From a virus (Duplodnaviria > Caudoviricetes): a DNA stretch of 64,000 nucleotides. Both the position numbers and the translations under genes were made by a program. This document shows positions 36,829 through 45,712 of the stretch, piece after piece. The notes under the pieces are model-generated. The model was not told the origin of the DNA, made no database searches, and was given only the letters and a program-made list of their open reading frames with translations. Position 1 is the stretch's first letter, and every line of letters starts with the position of its first letter. The DNA lies in IMG/VR virus record IMGVR_UViG_3300049144_000095, positions 64,001 to 128,000 of that record; one strand, given 5' to 3'.

Positions 36829-37245
36829 ATGGGCAACTACACGAACCGCGTTTCCCTGCTGCTGGCCGGGATCATCGCGTTGCTGATGGCTCCGTCGGGC
36901 GCGGCGGACGCGGCACCGATGGGCGGGACCCGCGTCGCGGCGGTGCGGTCCGTCTGTGAGACGGGGTACCGGGGGATGCCGGAGTACGACCGCTACTGCC
37001 TGGTCAACGGCACGGCGCGGGACGGGATGCGCCTGTGGTTCGCGGAGATCGACGGCAAGCGCTACAGCGTGCGGGAGCGGCGCGCGATGTGCCGGGACGC
37101 GCGGGCGACCGGCAGCATCCGGCGGGGTGCCATGGACCTGATGAACGACGTCGCCTACGACCGCTACCGCAACTACCGGGATGTCCTGCGGGTGACGGGC
37201 GCGGTCGCGGTGCTGGACTGCCGGGCGCTGGGCATCAAGGGCTGA
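36829..37245 (+). CDS. Secreted hypothetical protein
   Basis: Signal peptide ending ADA-A; 4 Cys. Confidence 0.65.
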   Translation: MGNYTNRVSLLLAGIIALLMAPSGAADAAPMGGTRVAAVRSVCETGYRGMPEYDRYCLVNGTARDGMRLWFAEIDGKRYSVRERRAMCRDARATGSIRRGAMDLMNDVAYDRYRNYRDVLRVTGAVAVLDCRALGIKG

Positions 37246-37262
37246 CGGTCGGGATCGGCTGA

Positions 37263-37299
37263 CGGGAGCGCCCCGGGGGACAACTCCGGGGCGCTGACG
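37263..37299 (+). repeat. Conserved intergenic hairpin element (GACG-tail class)
   Basis: CGGG-AGCGCCCCGG-loop-CCGGGGCGCT-GACG. Confidence 0.8.
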
Positions 37300-37384
37300 C
37301 CAACTTGTCGCGACGGACGTAAAGGCGTCCGGGACTTAATCCGGACCCGGCGGTTGCCGGGTCCGGCGGAAAGGAAAGTCACGC

Positions 37385-37645
37385 ATGGGAATCACCACGG
37401 TTGTCACCGATGGCGGAATGGTCTTCCTGGACGACGCGCCGTTGCCGGTGCGGTCGGAAGACGTCGAGCCGCGCGACTCGGCCACGGTGCCTTCGGCACT
37501 GCGGGACCACGCGCACACCGTTCTGCCGAACGAGCCGGGTGACTGGTGGACGGTCGGGGAGTTCCGGGACAGGGACGGGGAGTTCACCACGGCCGTTGCC
37601 CGGCGGATTCCGGACGGGGTCGTGCGGTACGGGACGTCCGACTAG
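37385..37645 (+). CDS. Hypothetical protein
   Basis: GCGGAAAGGAAAG leader. Confidence 0.65.
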   Translation: MGITTVVTDGGMVFLDDAPLPVRSEDVEPRDSATVPSALRDHAHTVLPNEPGDWWTVGEFRDRDGEFTTAVARRIPDGVVRYGTSD

Positions 37646-37697
37646 GCGCATTCGCGCGGGTCGGCGACAGGTTGTCGGAAACGGAGAGGAAACGGTC

Positions 37698-38036
37698 ATG
37701 GGTGTTTCGCTGAGCAAGCCGGGCGACGCGTTGGGCACGTGGAGCGAAGGGGTCGGGGTGAAGGGTGAGCCGGTGCGGGTCATGGCCGGACTGCCGGTCC
37801 GCAAGATCAGGGGGCCGGTGATCCGGGTGTCCGGAATGCGCTATGCGGGACGGAACATCGTGTCCGTCGCGGTGGAACCGGTGCTGGGTGACCGCATCGG
37901 ACAGTCCACGCTGATCGCGGCGGACGGGGTGGAGCACAGTTACGGAGACGTCGGGCCGCTGCTCCGTCTGCGGTTCTGGTGGCTGCGCCACACGATTGAC
38001 GCCGGAACCTACGCGGGCATCGGCCGGATGCGCTAA
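37698..38036 (+). CDS. Hypothetical protein
   Basis: ACGGAGAGG SD; MGVSLSKP. Confidence 0.6.
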   Translation: MGVSLSKPGDALGTWSEGVGVKGEPVRVMAGLPVRKIRGPVIRVSGMRYAGRNIVSVAVEPVLGDRIGQSTLIAADGVEHSYGDVGPLLRLRFWWLRHTIDAGTYAGIGRMR

Positions 38037-38044
38037 CCTGTTCG

Positions 38045-38056
38045 TGGCCTAGGCCG
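38045..38056. promoter_or_regulatory. Palindromic operator-like site
   Basis: TGGCCTAGGCCG; TAACCT at 38034-38039. Confidence 0.7.
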
Positions 38057-38078
38057 ACGGAAGGGAGAGGGGAACGGA

Positions 38079-38408
38079 ATGACGCAGAACATGTTGGGTG
38101 AAGCGGAGCGATTCTGGGACCAGGACGCGCGGGAGTTCGTCTCCGGGCACATCGTGGTGCGGGTCTCGTTCGCGATGGATCTGTCGAGGCAGTGCGCGGC
38201 CCGGGGCGTGATGCTCACGGACGACGGAACCGTGTACACGTGGACGATCCGGCGTCCCGGCCACGAGGACATGAACGGCTGCCGGAGGATCGCGACGCGG
38301 GTACGCGGGACGCTCCGGGACAACGCGTTCGGCCTGCTGGAGTTCGAGCGGAAGTACGTCGAGCCCGGCCTGTACGTGCGGTACGGCGCGGCGATCAGGG
38401 CGCTGTAG
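38079..38408 (+). CDS. Hypothetical protein
   Basis: ACGGAAGGGAG leader. Confidence 0.7.
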   Translation: MTQNMLGEAERFWDQDAREFVSGHIVVRVSFAMDLSRQCAARGVMLTDDGTVYTWTIRRPGHEDMNGCRRIATRVRGTLRDNAFGLLEFERKYVEPGLYVRYGAAIRAL

Positions 38409-38495
38409 GCACCGGGGAGTCGCGCTAGGGCGGCCGGGAGTCATTCCGGCCGCCCGGGGGTGTCGCCCGGCACTGAGGTACGGAAAGGGGAAGGC

Positions 38496-38966
38496 ATGTA
38501 CGAGGTTGTCCGACCGGAACGCAAGATCGGGACGTCGGACGGGTGGCGGACCGAGCCGGAACAGCGGCGCACGTTCCACACGGCGGCCGGTCTGTTCCGG
38601 TGGGCGCTGCGGGAGCGGGTGTTCAGTCACCGCACCGGCGGGGTGCCGTACCCGACCCGGTTCGATGACGTCCACCTGGGCGACCGGAACGGTGACGAGG
38701 GGTACGACTACCACCTGATCGACACGTTCACCCCGTGGGAGATCACGGGTGAGCATCTGGCCGCGATGCGCCGGGTGCAGCGCCGGTACGCGGAGATCGT
38801 TCACTACCTGCGGGAGGTCGAGCCGGGGTGGGAGCCGGACACGTCCGTGAGCCCGACCGGCAAGATCAGTTACGCGGACAACTCCGTGGTCCTGTACGAG
38901 ATCAGCAAGTACGGCGGGAAGCGGAGCCGGACGCTGGTCGCCCCGCACGGTGACGCCTGCTTCTGA
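38496..38966 (+). CDS. Hypothetical protein
   Basis: ACGGAAAGGGG SD; SYADNS motif. Confidence 0.7.
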   Translation: MYEVVRPERKIGTSDGWRTEPEQRRTFHTAAGLFRWALRERVFSHRTGGVPYPTRFDDVHLGDRNGDEGYDYHLIDTFTPWEITGEHLAAMRRVQRRYAEIVHYLREVEPGWEPDTSVSPTGKISYADNSVVLYEISKYGGKRSRTLVAPHGDACF

Positions 38967-39031
38967 CGGACCGGGACCGGCGGACGGGAGCGCCCCCGGG
39001 CGGGGCGTTCCAGCCTGCCTATCGCGGCAGG
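38964..39031 (+). repeat. Long-form hairpin element (two stems)
   Basis: TGA...GGCGGACGGGAGCGCCCC-loop-GGGGCGTTCCAG-CCTGCC-loop-GGCAGG. Confidence 0.85.
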
Positions 39032-39050
39032 TCGGAGAGGGGAACGGAAC

Positions 39051-39653
39051 GTGACGAACCGGACGGTTCGGTACGCGAAGGTGCGCACGGCGGGTGACTC
39101 GGACCGGAATGACGGGATCGGTGTTCAGTACGGAACGAACATCCCGCACCGGTCGATTCGAGATCTTCCGGTGGAGACATTCGCTTCAGTCATGCTGCGG
39201 GACAGGACGACGCGCGGCGCTTGCGCCAGGAAGGCAAGGGCGGAAAGGGGAGGAAAGGTGGGACAGATGCTTCAGGTTGTGGAACTGCGGGACGTACCGG
39301 CGCCGGGTGCGCCGCATCCGGAAAGCGGGTTCGAAGGATGGGTGCCGCTGGCGGACGCGATGGCGGCCGGGATCGACCTGTCGTACGTGACGGACGGGAT
39401 CGGCCCCCGGGTGCGCGGCATGGTCTACCGGGGCGGGTACCTGCGGAACGTCAGCACGGTGCACAACGTGTTCGTGTGCGTGGCTCCGGCGGACAGGGAC
39501 CCGGAGACGGGACGGCCCCGCCCCCGCCGTGCGGTGTGGTGGGATGTGGCGGAAGAGTCGGCCGACGACGACGGGCGGGTCCGGCGCCATATGACGTCAT
39601 GGCAGTACGACAGGGACAACAGGCCGTTGTTCATGGCGCTGAACGTCGGGTGA
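39051..39653 (+). CDS. Probable fusion: N-terminal paralog of 39743 gene plus second gene with own SD (start 39258/39267)
   Basis: MTNRTVRYAKVR resembles MANQTIKHAKVR; internal CGGAAAGGGGAGG SD at 39241. Confidence 0.6.
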   Translation: MTNRTVRYAKVRTAGDSDRNDGIGVQYGTNIPHRSIRDLPVETFASVMLRDRTTRGACARKARAERGGKVGQMLQVVELRDVPAPGAPHPESGFEGWVPLADAMAAGIDLSYVTDGIGPRVRGMVYRGGYLRNVSTVHNVFVCVAPADRDPETGRPRPRRAVWWDVAEESADDDGRVRRHMTSWQYDRDNRPLFMALNVG

Positions 39654-39719
39654 CAGAACCGGAGTCGGCGGACGGGAGCGCCCGGGATTCCGGGCGTTTC
39701 CACCTGCCTGCTGTGGCAG
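39651..39719 (+). repeat. Long-form hairpin element (two stems)
   Basis: GGCGGACGGGAGCGCCCGG-GATT-CCGGGCGTTTCCAC-CTGCC-loop-GGCAG. Confidence 0.85.
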
Positions 39720-39742
39720 CGACCTTCGGGAAGAGAGAAGAA

Positions 39743-39940
39743 ATGGCGAACCAGACGATCAAGCACGCGAAGGTGCGCGCGAAGGTGGACCCGGACCGCG
39801 AGGACGGGGTGAAGGGGCACGCGGGAGTCGGTGTCTACTTCGGGTCGAACGTCGCCCGCCGGGAGATGGAGGGGTTGCCGCTGGCCAAGTTCACGGCGCT
39901 TCTGCCCCGGGTGAAGACGACGCATGGGGTCTGTCACTGA
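39743..39940 (+). CDS. Small basic protein
   Basis: MANQTIKHAKVR...TTHGVCH. Confidence 0.65.
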   Translation: MANQTIKHAKVRAKVDPDREDGVKGHAGVGVYFGSNVARREMEGLPLAKFTALLPRVKTTHGVCH

Positions 39941-39965
39941 CGGAAGACAGGGAGAGGGGACGACG

Positions 39966-40205
39966 TTGGCAACCTGCTTGCCCCTGTATGCGCTGTACCT
40001 GTGCAGCGGATGGCTGATTCTGGATCGCGGGATCAAGTACCCGCCCGCCGCGCTGCGCAGAGAGGTTGCACTGAACGGCGTAGGGAGTTCACTGGGAGAC
40101 CGGTGGTTCAACGCCAGTCTGGCCGTTGCCTACCTGCTCGTCCTGCATGTGTGGCCGGTCGCCGTGTACCGGAAGCTGCGTCATGGACGCGTCGTAGGCA
40201 AGTGA
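39966..40205 (+). CDS. Small membrane protein
   Basis: TTG start after GGGAGAGGGG; two hydrophobic segments. Confidence 0.55.
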   Translation: MATCLPLYALYLCSGWLILDRGIKYPPAALRREVALNGVGSSLGDRWFNASLAVAYLLVLHVWPVAVYRKLRHGRVVGK

Positions 40206-40270
40206 CAGTCGGGATCGGCGGACGGGAGCGCCCGGGACTCCGGGCGTTCCAGCCTGTCAGTCGTGACAGG
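40203..40270 (+). repeat. Long-form hairpin element (two stems)
   Basis: GGCGGACGGGAGCGCCCGG-GACT-CCGGGCGTTCCAG-CCTGTCA-GTCG-TGACAGG. Confidence 0.85.
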
Positions 40271-40286
40271 AGGAAAGGGGAAGAGC

Positions 40287-40853
40287 ATGCGCACGCAGAC
40301 CACTCCGGTGCGGATGGAAACCAAGTACGGGGCGCTGTACATCGCCATCGAACCCGCCGACGAGTACAGCTACCGCGACACGGAGCGCGGGAACGTCATC
40401 GAGCTGCGGCCCCAGTTGCGGGTGTGCACCGCCCCGGAGTTCGAGGCGGACGCGGTGGCGGAGCACTGGACCATTCGGGGCCGGGCCTACACCATCCACG
40501 ACTTCATGATCTTCGACGCGCGGCGGGACGGGCGGTGGCACCGGCTCCGGTCGCCGTACATGGGAGGGTTCCGCAACGACCGCCGGGGTCCGGTGGAGTT
40601 CAGGACGGCGACGTTCGACCTGATGCGGGACACCGTGGTCACGGCGCTGGACGAGTTCGCGGCGCGTCACCCGGGATGGGAGGACGTCAGCCGCTACCTG
40701 CTGCACTCGAACAAGGCGACCGGCGCGGAGCTGGCGGCGATGGAGGCCCGTAGGGAGGCGGAGAGGTACGACGCGGAGGCGGCGGAGTTCCGGACGCGGG
40801 CGGAGCCCTTCGCGGCGGCCCTGTCGAAGAGCGGGATCAGCCTGACCGGCTGA
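40287..40853 (+). CDS. Hypothetical protein
   Basis: GGAAAGGGG SD. Confidence 0.7.
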   Translation: MRTQTTPVRMETKYGALYIAIEPADEYSYRDTERGNVIELRPQLRVCTAPEFEADAVAEHWTIRGRAYTIHDFMIFDARRDGRWHRLRSPYMGGFRNDRRGPVEFRTATFDLMRDTVVTALDEFAARHPGWEDVSRYLLHSNKATGAELAAMEARREAERYDAEAAEFRTRAEPFAAALSKSGISLTG

Positions 40854-40892
40854 CCGGACCCGGCGCGAACGGAAGCAAGGGAGGTGCGGGAC

Positions 40893-41084
40893 ATGGACGG
40901 AATGCGGCTCGAAGACGCTCCGCAATGGGTTCAGGATCTCGTGGTGGACAAGGCTCTCGGCTTCCTGGAGACGACCGAACAGGGCGAGCCGGTCCGGGTG
41001 GAAAGCGTAACGGACAGGATCGCAAAGATCCGGGTCGGAGAGTTCGTGTACACGGCCTTCCGCGCGGAGTGGTGGATCAGCTAG
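40893..41084 (+). CDS. Small hypothetical protein
   Basis: GGGAGGTG SD. Confidence 0.6.
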   Translation: MDGMRLEDAPQWVQDLVVDKALGFLETTEQGEPVRVESVTDRIAKIRVGEFVYTAFRAEWWIS

Positions 41085-41106
41085 GTACGGAAAGGGTGAG
41101 GAAACG

Positions 41107-41601
41107 ATGGACCTGATGCAGATGGCGGGTCACCTGTCACTGGAGTTCGGGGTCACGATGGAGGGGCCGTTCGGCGGTCCGCACATGCGAACCGTGCGGC
41201 TGTGGCTGCCGAACCGGCGCGGGGTGTCCCTGCTGGTCCGCGCGGGACACCACGACCCCGGAACGGCGGAGTTGCTGGTATTCCGGGAGAAGCTGCCGGA
41301 CCCGGACGTGATCTACCAAGGGATGACGCCGTGGCGGGAGGACTACTCGACGGTCGTCACGATCGACAGCCTGACGGTGGACATGGACAAGGCGCGTGCG
41401 GCGCTGCGGATCCTGCGGGAGCTGCCGGAGATCGACGTGCGGGACATGCGGGACACGCGGGAGCTGCGTTCGGCGGGGTTCGTCCACTACGGACACAGCA
41501 CCACGGCGTGCGGGAACCTGTGGCCGAACGACACCGTGACGGAGCACATCAAGGGCATCCGGTGCCTGCCGTGCATGGTGGAAGTGCACCGGCCGGTCTG
41601 A
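41107..41601 (+). CDS. Hypothetical protein with C-terminal H-C..CxxC zinc motif
   Basis: VHYG...TACG...IRCLPC. Confidence 0.7.
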   Translation: MDLMQMAGHLSLEFGVTMEGPFGGPHMRTVRLWLPNRRGVSLLVRAGHHDPGTAELLVFREKLPDPDVIYQGMTPWREDYSTVVTIDSLTVDMDKARAALRILRELPEIDVRDMRDTRELRSAGFVHYGHSTTACGNLWPNDTVTEHIKGIRCLPCMVEVHRPV

Positions 41602-41632
41602 TCCGGGCGAACGGAAGGGAGGGAGAGGGAAC

Positions 41633-41851
41633 GTGGCGGCATGGGACAAGATCACCCTGGAGGGTGAACACGGCCAGTACCAGACCAGGGTGGCGGAGCT
41701 GGACCTGATGATCATGCGCTACCTGCCCGCATCCGTGGAGGACTTGCGGGACCTGATCCGAGAGCGCCAGGGGGACCCCGACTACAACGTGTCCACAGTC
41801 ACGGAAGGTCTCATGATCCTGGCCGAACTGGACGGATACGCCATCAACTAG
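41633..41851 (+). CDS. Small hypothetical protein
   Basis: ACGGAAGGGAG leader. Confidence 0.65.
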   Translation: MAAWDKITLEGEHGQYQTRVAELDLMIMRYLPASVEDLRDLIRERQGDPDYNVSTVTEGLMILAELDGYAIN

Positions 41852-41870
41852 AACGGTCTGGGCGGTGATC

Positions 41871-41906
41871 TTCGGGGGCGTTCCGCTCTGCGGGACGTGC
41901 CCCGTG
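41871..41906 (+). repeat. Conserved intergenic hairpin element
   Basis: TTCGGG-stem-loop-CCCGTG. Confidence 0.75.
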
Positions 41907-41952
41907 GGTTCCCGGTCGGGGACACGGGTGATGAAAGGGAGTGAAGTAGAGG

Positions 41953-42480
41953 GTGCGGACCTACGGATACAGGGTCGGCGTTACGTCTCTGGACATGGAT
42001 CCCGAGACCAGCCTGGTCAAGCGTCTGGAGTTCAAGGCGCCGGACCGACATGCGGCTGAGCGCATGATCGACGTGTGGGCGGCGGTGGAACGCAAGACGA
42101 TCACGTCCCGGGTGCTGCTCGCTGACGGGGTCACGTTCCTGGAGGCCGGGAAGTTGCGGATCACCGGTCTCGCCATGGAACTTTCGAACATGTTCAAGGC
42201 GTCCGTCACCGGACCGTTCGAGTTCGGGTACGGCAGTGCGCCGGGCTGGGCGGTCCGCGTGATCATGCGGAACGGGTACGGCGTGAGCATCGCGACGGGC
42301 GGCCCGCACAAGAACGACCCGCCGCCGGTGATCGAGTTCACCACCTGCCACGACGACGGGACGTACGTGCGGTGGGACGTCTGCCCGGACGTGCTGATGG
42401 GCGGGCAGCGCGGGACCGAGGACGGCAGTACGGACCTGGACGAGATCGTCGCGGTCATGCGCAAGCTGCCGCAACCCTGA
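41953..42480 (+). CDS. Hypothetical protein
   Basis: NGYGVSI motif; array gene. Confidence 0.7.
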   Translation: MRTYGYRVGVTSLDMDPETSLVKRLEFKAPDRHAAERMIDVWAAVERKTITSRVLLADGVTFLEAGKLRITGLAMELSNMFKASVTGPFEFGYGSAPGWAVRVIMRNGYGVSIATGGPHKNDPPPVIEFTTCHDDGTYVRWDVCPDVLMGGQRGTEDGSTDLDEIVAVMRKLPQP

Positions 42481-42510
42481 CGGTAACGAACGGGTTACAC
42501 TCTGCGGGAA

Positions 42511-42522
42511 CGGCCTAGGTCA
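42511..42522. promoter_or_regulatory. Palindromic operator-like site
   Basis: CGGCCTAGGTCA; TAGAGT at 42538-42543. Confidence 0.7.
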
Positions 42523-42580
42523 TTGTCATTTCACCGCTAGAGTCTGCACTGGGATCGCGGAAAGACGGAAAGGGAAGAAC

Positions 42581-42940
42581 GTGAAACTGAACCTGCGGCA
42601 TTCGGACAACGCGGGTACGGAACTGTGGCGTCAGTACCAGGACGTCCTGAGGGCGGCGAGCGCGGCCGACCAGCCGGGAACGCTTCCGACGGGCGCGAGC
42701 AAGGTCACCGCTACCCCGGCGGGCGGGGAGCTGAGCCAGCTTCCGCCCGAATGGCAGAAGGAAGCCGCGCACGCCTCGCACGTCATCTACCACTACGGAA
42801 CACCGATCGCCTGGATCGACGTCCGGGACAACGTGTGGGTCGTGCCGCCGGAGAAGTACAGCCCGGGAACCACCGGCGCCCAGAACCGCATCCGCGACCG
42901 GCTCGGGAACACGCCGTACCGCACGGCGCCGGTGGGCTGA
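42581..42940 (+). CDS. Conserved phage early-type hypothetical protein
   Basis: IYHYGTPIAW...WVVP..KYS.GTT..QNRIR. Confidence 0.7.
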   Translation: MKLNLRHSDNAGTELWRQYQDVLRAASAADQPGTLPTGASKVTATPAGGELSQLPPEWQKEAAHASHVIYHYGTPIAWIDVRDNVWVVPPEKYSPGTTGAQNRIRDRLGNTPYRTAPVG

Positions 42941-42953
42941 CCGGTCGGTGACG

Positions 42954-42989
42954 TTCGGGAGCGCCCCGTGGAAGCGGGGCGTTCCAGTG
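42954..42989 (+). repeat. Conserved intergenic hairpin element
   Basis: TTCGGGAGCGCCCCG-loop-CGGGGCGTTCCAGTG. Confidence 0.85.
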
Positions 42990-43017
42990 CATTACCGGAC
43001 GGAATGGGAGAAGAGAA

Positions 43018-43323
43018 ATGATGGACGGCATCCCGATGGTGCAGCTCAAGGACGGCGCCTCGGTTCCGAAGGTGACCGTGACGACGGCACTCATGAACCT
43101 TCAGCACCTCCGCAACACCAACCCGGTCGCCCTGTTCGAGCTGGTGGAGATCGCCCGGAACCCCGGTCACGTGCCGTTCCCCGGGACGAAGGACGCACTC
43201 CAGAAGATGAGCATGCTTGACGGGTTGGGGAAGATCCACGACGACACCCGGAAGGTCATCGTCAACGCCATCCCGGGGGACCTCATGGAGCTGCGGATCG
43301 TCGACCCGATGACCGGCGAGTAG
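43018..43323 (+). CDS. Hypothetical protein
   Basis: ACGGAATGGGAG leader. Confidence 0.7.
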   Translation: MMDGIPMVQLKDGASVPKVTVTTALMNLQHLRNTNPVALFELVEIARNPGHVPFPGTKDALQKMSMLDGLGKIHDDTRKVIVNAIPGDLMELRIVDPMTGE

Positions 43324-43332
43324 GGGACGGAC

Positions 43333-43521
43333 ATGACGGACGCGGAGTACGTGGGGCGGGAGTTCCGTAAGGCGCTCAAGGACCGTGACGGTGGGCCGGT
43401 CGAGACGGTCCGCGTCAAGGCGGAGGGGCCGACGGGGAGTTCCCGCTGGGTCACCGTGAGCGTGGGGACGTGGGAGCGGATGATCGCCGCCGGGGTGGCG
43501 GCGATCGGGAAGAGTGAGTGA
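43333..43521 (+). CDS. Small hypothetical protein
   Basis: VKAEGPTGSSRWVTV; weak resemblance to 55123 gene. Confidence 0.6.
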   Translation: MTDAEYVGREFRKALKDRDGGPVETVRVKAEGPTGSSRWVTVSVGTWERMIAAGVAAIGKSE

Positions 43522-43958
43522 TGGGGCACCGGGTCACACAGCGGCACGTCGAAGAGGTCAACCGGGGCGACCTGATCCAGGTTGCGGGCGGGTACGTCAT
43601 CGCGGACACCCTGAGTGCGCGCTCCGCGTCCTCGGCGGACCTCACACCCGTGCCGTTCTGGTATGACACGGACGGCGAGAGGCACTACCCGAACCCGACG
43701 GACAACACGCTGACGGTGGTGGACGACCCACCCTTCCAGACGCACGCGCACGGCCGGAGCGCCGGGAAGGACGCCGCCGGGCATGCGCTGGACAAGGCGG
43801 ATGCGGCGCTGTGCCCGGACGGGCGACGGTCCGGGACGCTGGACAAGTTGGAGTCCGGCACGGCCCTTGCGGCTGTCACGTGCAAGCCGTGCCGCCGGAT
43901 CATCGGGCTCGTCGGCCAGGCGCGCGGGGAGCGCAAGCGCGAGAGCAACGGGATCTGA
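43518..43958 (+). CDS. Hypothetical protein with H-C..TCxxC zinc motif
   Basis: THAH...ALC...VTCKPC. Confidence 0.65.
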   Translation: MMGHRVTQRHVEEVNRGDLIQVAGGYVIADTLSARSASSADLTPVPFWYDTDGERHYPNPTDNTLTVVDDPPFQTHAHGRSAGKDAAGHALDKADAALCPDGRRSGTLDKLESGTALAAVTCKPCRRIIGLVGQARGERKRESNGI

Positions 43959-43960
43959 TC

Positions 43961-44140
43961 ATGGCGGAGACCTGGGACGGCCGGAACACCATGGTCTGCA
44001 CGTACGGGGGCGGCATTTCCGTGCTGACCACGGGCGGCGGGAAGCCTAGCGAAAGCGTCCAGTACACAGCGGAGGAGGCCCTGAAGCTGGCTGAGGAGAT
44101 CGCCGACGTAGCGCGTCGACAGCTCAGCGATCAGGGCTGA
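43961..44140 (+). CDS. Small hypothetical protein
   Basis: MAETWDG; coupled. Confidence 0.6.
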   Translation: MAETWDGRNTMVCTYGGGISVLTTGGGKPSESVQYTAEEALKLAEEIADVARRQLSDQG

Positions 44141-44154
44141 CGGAAGGGGGAGGC

Positions 44155-44358
44155 ATGGACGGACTGACGGCGGAGGAAGTTGCCCGGGAGATCCGGGCGG
44201 AGGTGGAGATCGCGGACGAGGCGGACGACTTGGCCGCGCACCGCGCCCTGCGGATGCTCTCGAACAGGTTCAGCCGCTTGTTCATGGAGCGGAACCCCGG
44301 GTTCAGCGTCCCTGTGTTCGAGCGGGAGTGCGGACTGGTCGAGGACCGGGATTCATGA
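44155..44358 (+). CDS. Small conserved phage-type protein
   Basis: NPGFSVPVFEREC (NPxF...F..AC pattern). Confidence 0.65.
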   Translation: MDGLTAEEVAREIRAEVEIADEADDLAAHRALRMLSNRFSRLFMERNPGFSVPVFERECGLVEDRDS

Positions 44359-44654
44359 CGGTCCGGCTGGTCGCCGTGGATCCCTGGGACTGCGGCTGCA
44401 ACGAGTGCTGTACGGGCGAGTACGTTGCGCTCCGTTTCGCGACGGACGAGAACGTCGCGGACATGCTGGCCGGAAGGCTGGCGAACCACCTGAACAACGG
44501 GACGGAACTGGACGTCACGACCACGTACCGGGTCGATTCGACCGGCAGGCGCACGGAGTTGGCGGCGGAGCGGGTCACGGTCATCTACACGCACTACGAC
44601 GGGCAGAGCAAGACGTGGGAGCCGGACCCGTACCGTGCGGGCCTGATCAAGTAA
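44355..44654 (+). CDS. Conserved actinophage-type protein
   Basis: VDPWDCGCNECCTGEYVAL. Confidence 0.65.
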   Translation: MTVRLVAVDPWDCGCNECCTGEYVALRFATDENVADMLAGRLANHLNNGTELDVTTTYRVDSTGRRTELAAERVTVIYTHYDGQSKTWEPDPYRAGLIK

Positions 44655-44676
44655 GACGGAAAGGGAGGAAACAGAA

Positions 44677-45159
44677 ATGGCGCAGTTCACGGAGACGCCG
44701 GGCCGCGAACGCAACCCCCTCGGCGGGCGGGAGGCCGACGGCTTCGATCAGTGGTTGCGGGAGGCCACGCAGCTCATGGGGGAGTCGGAGGACAGCCTCC
44801 GAGAGGAACTGCCCCTGGGTAACCCCATGCGCTACGTGGCCGTCGAGGCCTCCGCTCACTACGGGCGGATGCTGGGTGCCTGGAAGGAAGTCAGCAAGGG
44901 TCACGGGGGCGACGGGGCGCGGGACCGGTTCGAGGTCAACCTGATCTCGGCGGTGATGAGCGCCCACGGTGCGGCGGAGTACGCCCGGAGCCGGAGGTAC
45001 GGTCCGGACGACACCACGGCGGGCGGGCGGCCGATGGCGGACGTCGGGGCGGAGTACCTGCGGGCGTGCACGATCCTCGCGAAGTACGTGGGCGTCAACG
45101 AGCTGGACGTGCACGCCTGCGGCGGGGACCAGGCCAAGCTGTCCGCCCTGCGGGCCTGA
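44677..45159 (+). CDS. Hypothetical protein
   Basis: ACGGAAAGGGAGG SD. Confidence 0.7.
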   Translation: MAQFTETPGRERNPLGGREADGFDQWLREATQLMGESEDSLREELPLGNPMRYVAVEASAHYGRMLGAWKEVSKGHGGDGARDRFEVNLISAVMSAHGAAEYARSRRYGPDDTTAGGRPMADVGAEYLRACTILAKYVGVNELDVHACGGDQAKLSALRA

Positions 45160-45175
45160 CGGAAGGGGCGGAACG

Positions 45176-45412
45176 GTGGGCGTCGAATACACCGACCCGG
45201 GCAAGGTGTCGGAGGTCAGCGTCACACAAGTGCCGGTCAGTGGACAGACGGCGACCAGGTACGGGGCGAAGATCCCGACCTGTCACATGATCAAATACGA
45301 CGGTGCGTGGCGGAGGGTCTATGTCATGAACTACTCAACCCCGTACGTCAGGGTCACGGGACGCGATGTGGTGCTGGACTCGGAGACTCAGCACCGGCTG
45401 AACGTGATCTGA
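45176..45412 (+). CDS. Conserved phage early-type protein
   Basis: YGAKIPTCHMIKY...WRRVYV..YS. Confidence 0.65.
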   Translation: MGVEYTDPGKVSEVSVTQVPVSGQTATRYGAKIPTCHMIKYDGAWRRVYVMNYSTPYVRVTGRDVVLDSETQHRLNVI

Positions 45413-45425
45413 CGGAGCGGCGATC

Positions 45426-45464
45426 TTCGGGGCGGCACGGGGGGTGACTCCGTGTGGCTCCGTG
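45426..45464 (+). repeat. Conserved intergenic hairpin element
   Basis: TTCGGG-stem-loop-TCCGTG, then GGTCGGACGATCC shared with 46617 copy. Confidence 0.75.
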
Positions 45465-45497
45465 GGTCGGACGATCCGGACGGAAAGGAGTGGGGGC

Positions 45498-45689
45498 ATG
45501 GCTGACGGCACGGACAAAATCAAGATCGAGACGGCGGAGGACGGAACGCTCACGCTCTCGGGGTTGACCCCGAATCAGGGGTGGCTGATCTACAGCGGAC
45601 TCTGGCAGATGCTGACGGAGCAGGACGACGAGGAAGCTGGGCAGCTCGGCGAAGCCATCTCGGCCCAGCTCGGAGTCAACGGCCACTGA
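45498..45689 (+). CDS. Small acidic protein
   Basis: ACGGAAAGGAG SD. Confidence 0.65.
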   Translation: MADGTDKIKIETAEDGTLTLSGLTPNQGWLIYSGLWQMLTEQDDEEAGQLGEAISAQLGVNGH

Positions 45690-45712
45690 GGCCGACGGAA
45701 AGGAGTGGGAAC

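Noticed and set aside
34116-39149. Long minus-strand ORFs (34116-35093, 38049-39149 and similar across the array)
   Set aside because: Antisense to SD-supported + strand genes; no motifs or start signals
38964-40270. CRISPR array interpretation of the ~65-nt repeats
   Set aside because: Repeats are separated by whole genes (550-690 bp), not 30-40 nt spacers; no cas genes
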